NCBI GenBank assembly: GCA_016124735.1
Contig: WGMZ01000026.1
Location: forward strand, 3,477-67,476
Direction of reading: 5' to 3'
DNA length: 64,000 bases
Source: Bacteroidota bacterium
GTDB taxonomy: Bacteria > Bacteroidota > Bacteroidia > UBA8524
The notes below the pieces were generated by a model that searched no databases, was not told the origin of the DNA, and saw nothing but the letters and a program-made list of their open reading frames with translations. Within the stretch, counting starts at the first letter, position 1. Each line of letters begins with the position of its first letter. Shown piece after piece: positions 57,478-64,000 of this stretch. The translations under genes and the position numbers were made by a program.

Positions 57478-58953
57478 ATGATAAGGAATTTACTAGCTGT
57501 AACTCTATTAATTTCAAGTGTTTTTCTCTCGGCCCAGACGAAAACAGGCTATGAGATCCGGGTCAAGCTAAATGGCTATGACAGCAACAAGTTGTTTCTG
57601 GGTAATTACTTTGGCGACAAAGAATACCTCAAGGATTCAACTACGGATGTCAAAAAAGGCTGGTTTGTCTTCAAGGGCGATGAAGCCTTGCCCTGCGGTA
57701 TTTACAGCATAATCAATGCTGAAAGAGATACCCGTATTCTGGAATTTGTGGTCAGTTCTGACGACGAACATTTTAGTCTGGAAACTGACTTGAAAGATCC
57801 GGTAGGCAAAATGAAAGTAAGCGGATCCATTAACAACACGCTATTTTCCGGATACCAGCAGTATATGATTACCAATGGTAAACGAAGACAAGAAATTGGA
57901 ATGCTTTACCGCGGGGTAATGGGAAGAAATGCCGACAGTGCCCAGTTGTTAAAAGATGAGATCACAAAAATGGATGATGATTACGAAGCGTATCGGTCCA
58001 AACTCATCTCAGAAAACAGCAATACCCTCACTGCACGAATCCTGAAATCCCTGATTGATATTGAAGTGCCTGATGCTCCAATGAACCCTGACGGAACCAA
58101 AGACAGCCTCTTTCAGTACCGCTATTACAAAGAGCACTACTGGGACAATATTGATTTTACAGAAGACTGCATCGTACGCACCCCCTTCTTCCATAAAAAA
58201 CTGGAAACCTATTTCACCAAATTGGTTTTACAATACCCGGATTCTATTAATAAGGAAGCAGATATGTTGGCTGCCAAATGTACTGGTACCGCGAAAAAAG
58301 AATTGTTTCATTATATCGTTTGGTGGGTTACCATGAATTACGAAAGAAGTCAGTATATGTGTATGGATGCAGTGCCCGTTCATATGTGGGAGAAATTCTA
58401 CCATTGGCCGGAAGCCTGGTGGGTCGACACCACTACGATGACGCGTATTCGCGAGAGAGAAAAAGTGATGTCTCCGTTGTGCTGCAATAAAATAGCGCCT
58501 AACCTTATTATGAAGGATACCTCCCATAAATATATTTCCATGCATGCAGTACAGGCGAAATACACGGTATTGCTATTCTGGGATCCGGATTGCAGCCATT
58601 GCAAGAAAGAGGTGCCTATTATAAAGAAGATGTACGATTCCCTTCACCAATACGGCGTGGAAGTTTATGCTGTGGGCGTGGAACAGGAATACAACAAGTG
58701 GAAGCAGTTTATTATTGACCAGGATCTGAACTGGATCAATGTGATTGATATTTATAACGAAACCAATTTCCGCACGATATACGACATCAACAGCACCCCG
58801 ATCATCTATTTGCTGGACAAAGACAAGCGTATCCTGGCAAAGAAAATGGGAGCTGAACAGTTGCAAGACATTCTTTTAAGAGAGTTGGGAATGAAAGATA
58901 AAAATGCCCCCCCAATTCAGATCAAGGAAAATAAGGACGATCATCACCCTTAA
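57478..58953 (+). CDS. Exported TlpA-like thiol-disulfide oxidoreductase (DUF4369/DUF5106 architecture)
   Basis: Signal peptide, HYWDNIDF, C-terminal FWDPDCSHC thioredoxin fold, STPIIYLLD. Confidence 0.85.
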   Translation: MIRNLLAVTLLISSVFLSAQTKTGYEIRVKLNGYDSNKLFLGNYFGDKEYLKDSTTDVKKGWFVFKGDEALPCGIYSIINAERDTRILEFVVSSDDEHFSLETDLKDPVGKMKVSGSINNTLFSGYQQYMITNGKRRQEIGMLYRGVMGRNADSAQLLKDEITKMDDDYEAYRSKLISENSNTLTARILKSLIDIEVPDAPMNPDGTKDSLFQYRYYKEHYWDNIDFTEDCIVRTPFFHKKLETYFTKLVLQYPDSINKEADMLAAKCTGTAKKELFHYIVWWVTMNYERSQYMCMDAVPVHMWEKFYHWPEAWWVDTTTMTRIREREKVMSPLCCNKIAPNLIMKDTSHKYISMHAVQAKYTVLLFWDPDCSHCKKEVPIIKKMYDSLHQYGVEVYAVGVEQEYNKWKQFIIDQDLNWINVIDIYNETNFRTIYDINSTPIIYLLDKDKRILAKKMGAEQLQDILLRELGMKDKNAPPIQIKENKDDHHP

Positions 58954-58972
58954 TTGAAAATTATTTCATGTT

Positions 58973-58998
58973 AAGAACCTCCTTCGGGAGGTTTTTTT
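58973..58998 (+). terminator. Intrinsic terminator
   Basis: AACCTCC-TTCG-GGAGGTT followed by a T run. Confidence 0.85.
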
Positions 58999-59450
58999 GT
59001 GGATATCCTTTTGATGCCCGAAATACCGTGAAAATGTCGTAAATTATGACTGCTAAGTCGGGGCTGAAAATCCTGATTTTATTGGAATTTTATGGAAATC
59101 GTTTGCTCCAGAGTACGTTTTCGGTGTATCGAAAACGGCACGGTCATTGAACCTACTAAAACACCTGTAAAAACAAGGGGTGTAGCATATTTAAATTCAA
59201 CGCAAGTCGGTTAAGAAATTATTACCTCACAGGGGTTGTTGGTAATTTCCCCTTAACAATCACAAGCCTTTAATAATGCTGATGATGTCCTGTTGAAAAA
59301 ATCGATTCAGGCGACCAAATTCACAGATGTGAACAACTACCAATTGAACGGGAAAAGAATAAAAAGAAAATTTGAAGAACGCTATCCAACCTGGTAGCTG
59401 CTTTTAAGCTTATCGCTTTAAAGCATTCATAATTTAACGATTAAGAGGAT

Positions 59451-60464
59451 ATGAACACAACGATGGAGAACAGTCGGACCGTAGCTATTACGCAATCAGA
59501 ACCTATTCTGAAAGAAAACAAAGATCGCTTTGTCATCTTCCCTATCCAACACTCGGATATTTGGGAATATTATAAAAAGGCACAAGCAAGTTTTTGGACG
59601 GCGGAAGAACTGGATCTTCATACGGACATTGAACATTGGAATCAAAAACTCAATGACGATGAAAAGCATTTTATAAAGCAAGTCCTCGCCTTTTTCGCGG
59701 CAAGTGATGGAATTGTGAATGAAAACCTGGCAGAGAATTTTGTAGCGGAAGTGCAATATCCGGAAGCCAAGTTTTTCTACGGGTTCCAAATTGCGATGGA
59801 GAACATCCATAGCGAGACCTATTCTTTGCTGATAGACACTTATATTAAAGATCCTACCGAGAAAGACAAACTCTTTCATGCCATCGATACCCTCGATTGT
59901 GTTAGAAAGAAAGCAGAATGGGCATTGCGTTGGATTGAAAACGCTTCTTTCGCTGAACGTCTGGTTGCTTTCGCGGCTGTGGAAGGTATCTTCTTCTCAG
60001 GAAGCTTTTGTTCCATATTCTGGTTGAAAAACCGTGGATTGATGCCGGGACTCAGCTTTTCCAACGAACTTATTTCCCGCGACGAAGGTCTGCATTGCGA
60101 CTTCGCCTGCCACTTATATACCAAACACCTGGTAAACCAATTGCCCAAAGAAAGAGTAACGCAAATCATTACCGATGCTGTAATCATCGAAAAAGAATTC
60201 GTTACGGATGCACTTCCTGTTCGCCTCATTGGTATGAACGCTGAATTAATGACGCAATACATTGAGTTCGTTGCCGACCGCCTGTTATTAGAATTGGGCT
60301 GCGACAAAGTCTATGGAAGCAGCAATCCATTCTCCTTCATGGAGATGATTTCACTTCAGGGCAAGACTAATTTCTTTGAGAAACGCGTTGGTGAATACCA
60401 AAAGGCAGGCGTTATGAGCAGCGACAAAGAGTCAAACAAATTCAGCCTCGACGCTGATTTCTAG
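59451..60464 (+). CDS. nrdB: Ribonucleoside-diphosphate reductase beta subunit (class Ia)
   Basis: [26 protein letters not shown] (radical Tyr), [26 protein letters not shown]. Confidence 0.97.
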   Translation: MNTTMENSRTVAITQSEPILKENKDRFVIFPIQHSDIWEYYKKAQASFWTAEELDLHTDIEHWNQKLNDDEKHFIKQVLAFFAASDGIVNENLAENFVAEVQYPEAKFFYGFQIAMENIHSETYSLLIDTYIKDPTEKDKLFHAIDTLDCVRKKAEWALRWIENASFAERLVAFAAVEGIFFSGSFCSIFWLKNRGLMPGLSFSNELISRDEGLHCDFACHLYTKHLVNQLPKERVTQIITDAVIIEKEFVTDALPVRLIGMNAELMTQYIEFVADRLLLELGCDKVYGSSNPFSFMEMISLQGKTNFFEKRVGEYQKAGVMSSDKESNKFSLDADF

Positions 60465-60504
60465 AACCTATTATCAGAACCTAAAACATTTTCAGAAAAC
60501 CGCT

Positions 60505-62970
60505 ATGTACGTATTTAAAAGAGATGGAAGAAAAGAACCGGTGATGTTCGACAAAGTCACCGCACGAATTCACAAGCTTTCCTATGGCTTGGATCAGAAT
60601 TTCGTGGATCATGTCCTTGTTGCCAAAAAAGTTATCGAAGGAATCTACGATGGAGTAACAACTACCCAGTTGGATAACCTGTCTGCAGAAACCGCCGCTT
60701 CGCTTACGCCAAAACACCCGGATTATGCTCAGTTGGCATCTCGTATCGCAGTATCCAACCTCCATAAGAACACCGATAAGAGCTTTTCTGTCACTATGGA
60801 TAAGTTGTACAATTACGTGAACCCTAAAACAGGTGAGAAAGCTCCATTGATTGCAGATGATGTCTACGAAATCATCATTAACAATGCAGAATACCTCGAC
60901 TCCATTATCATCTACGACAGGGACTATAACTTCGATTATTTCGGATTTAAAACACTGGAAAGAAGCTATCTGCTTCGTTTGGATGGAGAAGTAGCGGAAC
61001 GCCCACAGCACATGTATATGCGTGTGGCAATTGGTATACACAAAGGAGATATTGAAAAAGCGGTTGAAACGTACAATCTGATGTCTGAAGGCTGGTTTAC
61101 CCATGCCACCCCAACTCTTTTTAATGCAGGTACTCCAAAGCCTCAAATGTCATCCTGTTTCTTGCTTACCATGCAGAACGACAGCATTGATGGTATTTAC
61201 GAGACACTGAAACAATGTGCTAAAATCTCACAGACCGCTGGCGGTATTGGTCTGAGTATCCATAATATTCGTGCAACCGGTTCGTACATCCGCGGCACCA
61301 ATGGTCAAAGTAATGGTATCGTTCCAATGCTTCGGGTATTCAACGATACAGCCCGTTATGTAGACCAGGGCGGCGGTAAAAGAAAAGGTTCTTTTGCTAT
61401 CTATCTGGAGCCATGGCATGCCGATATTTATGAATTCCTGGAACTGAAAAAGAACCATGGCAAAGAAGAAATGCGTGCGCGCGACCTTTTCTACGCACTT
61501 TGGGTTCCTGATTTATTCATGAAACGCGTGGAAGAGGATGGTGAGTGGAGTCTCTTCTGTCCAAATGAGGCCCCTGGACTTGCCGATTCTTATGGTGAAA
61601 TTTTCGAGGATTTGTATATCAGCTACGAACAGGCCGGAAGAGCAAAGAAAACAGTAAGAGCTCGGGAACTTTGGTCGCAAATAGTGGAATCGCAAATTGA
61701 AACCGGTACACCATACATGCTGTACAAAGATGCTGCAAACGAAAAAAGCAACCAAAAAAACCTCGGAACTATTCGTTCATCCAACCTATGCACTGAAATC
61801 ATTGAATATACTGCCCCCGACGAGGTTGCGGTATGTAACCTGGCTTCTATTGCATTGCCTAAGTATATCAACGAGGGTCAATTTGACTTTGAAGAATTGT
61901 ACCGCGTAACCTATATCGCAACAGTTAACCTGAACCGTATTATCGATGGCAATTATTACCCCGTTGAAGAAGCACGTCGTAGCAATATGCGCCACAGACC
62001 GATTGGACTGGGTGTGCAGGGACTGGCTGATACATTTATCAAATTGCGCATGCCTTTTGATTCGGAAGAAGCTTCTACCTTGAACCGCGATATTTTCGAA
62101 ACCATTTATTACGCTGCCCTTTGTGCTTCCCGCGATATTGCGAAAGAAGAAGGTCCATACGAAACATGGAAAGGATCTCCAATTTCACAAGGACAATTCC
62201 AATTTGACTTATGGGGTGTTGAACCAAGCAAACGTTGGGATTGGGAAGGTCTCAGAAAAGAAGTAATGGAAACCGGAGTTCGTAACTCACTTCTCCTCGC
62301 TCCTATGCCTACAGCATCTACCGCTCAAATTCTAGGAAACAACGAATGCTTTGAACCCTATACTTCCAATATCTATACGCGCCGTGTATTGAGTGGTGAA
62401 TTCATCATAGTGAACAAGCACTTATTAAACGATCTGGTAGAATTGGGTATTTGGGATGATGACATGAAACAGCAAATCATCATCAACAAAGGATCTGTAC
62501 AAAATATAGAACGTATTCCGGAAGAGGTTCGTGCTTTGTATAAAACTGTTTGGGAGATTTCTCAAAAGACTATTATCAATATGGCTGCCGATCGGGGTGC
62601 ATTTATTGACCAATCGCAGTCACTTAACCTCTTTGTGGAGAATCCTAATTTTGCAAAAATATCCTCTATGCACTTCTATGCCTGGAAGAAAGGACTTAAA
62701 ACCGGCATGTATTACCTCAGAAGTAAAGCTGCAGCTGATGCCATTCAGTTTACCGTGGACAAGTCAAAAAACAGCAAGCCAATGGACGTAACCACTGCCG
62801 AAAATGCAGACCACGAAAACAAGCAAGCGGTGCAAAAAGAACTGGAAGCTACTCCAAAGGAAAAGCCAGACTATAACAAACCTGTTTCTGATTTGAGTCA
62901 GGCCGAAAAAGAAGCCATGCTTGCCTGCTCTCTGGATAATCCGGAAGCCTGCGAAGCGTGTGGTTCTTAA
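60505..62970 (+). CDS. nrdA: Ribonucleoside-diphosphate reductase alpha subunit (class Ia, ATP cone)
   Basis: ATP cone [33 protein letters not shown]-terminal CEACGS. Confidence 0.98.
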   Translation: MYVFKRDGRKEPVMFDKVTARIHKLSYGLDQNFVDHVLVAKKVIEGIYDGVTTTQLDNLSAETAASLTPKHPDYAQLASRIAVSNLHKNTDKSFSVTMDKLYNYVNPKTGEKAPLIADDVYEIIINNAEYLDSIIIYDRDYNFDYFGFKTLERSYLLRLDGEVAERPQHMYMRVAIGIHKGDIEKAVETYNLMSEGWFTHATPTLFNAGTPKPQMSSCFLLTMQNDSIDGIYETLKQCAKISQTAGGIGLSIHNIRATGSYIRGTNGQSNGIVPMLRVFNDTARYVDQGGGKRKGSFAIYLEPWHADIYEFLELKKNHGKEEMRARDLFYALWVPDLFMKRVEEDGEWSLFCPNEAPGLADSYGEIFEDLYISYEQAGRAKKTVRARELWSQIVESQIETGTPYMLYKDAANEKSNQKNLGTIRSSNLCTEIIEYTAPDEVAVCNLASIALPKYINEGQFDFEELYRVTYIATVNLNRIIDGNYYPVEEARRSNMRHRPIGLGVQGLADTFIKLRMPFDSEEASTLNRDIFETIYYAALCASRDIAKEEGPYETWKGSPISQGQFQFDLWGVEPSKRWDWEGLRKEVMETGVRNSLLLAPMPTASTAQILGNNECFEPYTSNIYTRRVLSGEFIIVNKHLLNDLVELGIWDDDMKQQIIINKGSVQNIERIPEEVRALYKTVWEISQKTIINMAADRGAFIDQSQSLNLFVENPNFAKISSMHFYAWKKGLKTGMYYLRSKAAADAIQFTVDKSKNSKPMDVTTAENADHENKQAVQKELEATPKEKPDYNKPVSDLSQAEKEAMLACSLDNPEACEACGS

Positions 62971-62988
62971 ACCAACTTTCTGATATTG

Positions 62989-63015
62989 AATCCCGCCTAT
63001 GGCGGGATTTTTTTT
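62989..63015 (+). terminator. Intrinsic terminator after nrdA
   Basis: AATCCCGCC-tat-GGCGGGATT followed by a T run. Confidence 0.88.
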
Positions 63016-63054
63016 ACCCTCAATGATGAAGAATCTTTTATATTTGGGTTGACC

Positions 63055-63489
63055 ATGAGCTCTATACAAAATAAATTGTTGATTGGCGGCAGTCTATCCA
63101 TGGCAATAGCGGTTTCTTTGGGAGCCTTTGGGGCACACGCGCTGAAGGGAAAAATCGCAGATATTGACCTGAATATATTTCAAACGGCCAACCAGTACCA
63201 GATCATGCATTCATTCGGACTATTGATTCTTGGCGCATTGACAAAACGAGTCTCCAGCAAGGCCTTGAGACTGAGCGGATATTTCATGGGAGTTGGCATC
63301 TTCCTCTTTAGCGGGTCCTTGTACGCTCTCGCTCTGAGTAACTTTATTCTTCATGAACGACTGAGCTTCCTGGGGATGATTACACCTCTTGGAGGAATAA
63401 GCTTTATCCTGGCTTGGCTTACCATTCCAACATACTTATGGCGAGGCAAATCAGATGAAAATAAGTCGCATAAAAACGACAAAGAATGA
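63055..63489 (+). CDS. DUF423 family membrane protein
   Basis: LGAFGAHAL, YQIMH, LFSGSLYAL, ITPLGG; ATG at 63055 follows a TATATTTG -7 element. Confidence 0.9.
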   Translation: MSSIQNKLLIGGSLSMAIAVSLGAFGAHALKGKIADIDLNIFQTANQYQIMHSFGLLILGALTKRVSSKALRLSGYFMGVGIFLFSGSLYALALSNFILHERLSFLGMITPLGGISFILAWLTIPTYLWRGKSDENKSHKNDKE

Positions 63490-63983
63490 AAACGATCTAT
63501 CTTCTCCGGCATGCGAAATCCAGCTGGAAAGATGCCGATCTTTCAGACATAGACCGGCCCTTGAACGCGAAAGGAAAAAAGGATGCCACTATGATGGGAA
63601 AATATTTTTTCAAGAAAAGGGTTCGTCCGGAGCTTATTGTCAGCAGTCCGGCGAAACGCGCATTCAAAACAGCCAGTATCGTGGCTGAAGAACTCGAATA
63701 CGGCGAAAAGAATATTCATATCGATATGCGCCTGTATGGAGCCAACACAGACCTCTTGTTTGAAATTTTACAACAATTGGAAAATAACCTGCAACGTGTA
63801 ATGCTGGTCGGACATAATCCCGCCTTTACCAATGTGATTGAATTACTAACAGGAGCATCCATTGATAATCTCCCAACCTGTGGCATGGCGCGCATTGATT
63901 TTGACACCAAAAAATGGAACCTGATCAAGGCGCAGAAGGGCCAATTAAAAATGCTGGATTATCCTAAAAAAATTCTCAAATAG
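63486..63983 (+). CDS. SixA-like histidine phosphatase
   Basis: LRHAKSSW, DRPL, SSPAKRA, LVGHNP. Confidence 0.92.
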   Translation: MKTIYLLRHAKSSWKDADLSDIDRPLNAKGKKDATMMGKYFFKKRVRPELIVSSPAKRAFKTASIVAEELEYGEKNIHIDMRLYGANTDLLFEILQQLENNLQRVMLVGHNPAFTNVIELLTGASIDNLPTCGMARIDFDTKKWNLIKAQKGQLKMLDYPKKILK

Positions 63984-64000
63984 CTTGAATTCACCCCATT

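Noticed and set aside
59046-59150. 34-aa ORF in the nrdB leader
   Set aside because: No recognisable features or coupling to neighbours; length expected by chance
58999-59450. Cobalamin riboswitch upstream of nrdBA
   Set aside because: No recognisable B12-box or conserved core motifs by eye; needs cmscan to exclude formally
60481-61146. Long antisense ORFs in the track (this 221-aa ORF, 1099-1719, 3603-4076 and similar)
   Set aside because: They lie opposite well-supported genes and show no protein motifs; treated as shadow frames

Overview
A 64-kb, gene-dense chromosomal window from a Bacteroidota bacterium. The assignment rests on T9SS type A and type B C-terminal sorting domains, TAnnTTTG-type -7 promoter elements, and Bacteroidota-type SOS and RNR genes. 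In order, it contains: the 3' end of a DsrE-like gene and a probable Flavo-1 RNA; a TetR-LolA-like-ABC-outer-membrane-barrel operon; a CbbR-like LysR divergent from a small ORF plus dabB/dabA (DUF2309 inorganic-carbon pump); a mobA-fdhD-DUF7009-ydeP molybdoenzyme operon; a large PKD/T9SS protein; a ClC channel and porin; a di-haem peroxidase and barrel pair; a non-canonical LexA-dinB-dnaE2-radical SAM mutagenesis cassette with CTAA-N5-TTAG boxes and REP-containing repeats; tRNA-Cys; nfeD-floA; a type I secretion-like operon whose ABC ATPase looks dead; an XRE-HTH gene with three palindromic operators; a PIG-L deacetylase, an unannotated 31-aa membrane peptide and a sodium:solute symporter; redox genes; and class Ia nrdBA. 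No CRISPR array, integrase, transposase or prophage was seen. The best candidates for undescribed biology are the three-gene DAB module (possibly linked to the nearby formate-dehydrogenase-like operon), the XRE operator motif with a near-copy upstream of nrdBA, the pseudo-ATPase T1SS operon, and the PIG-L/peptide/SSS unit. All family assignments come from motif recognition by eye; no database search was run.
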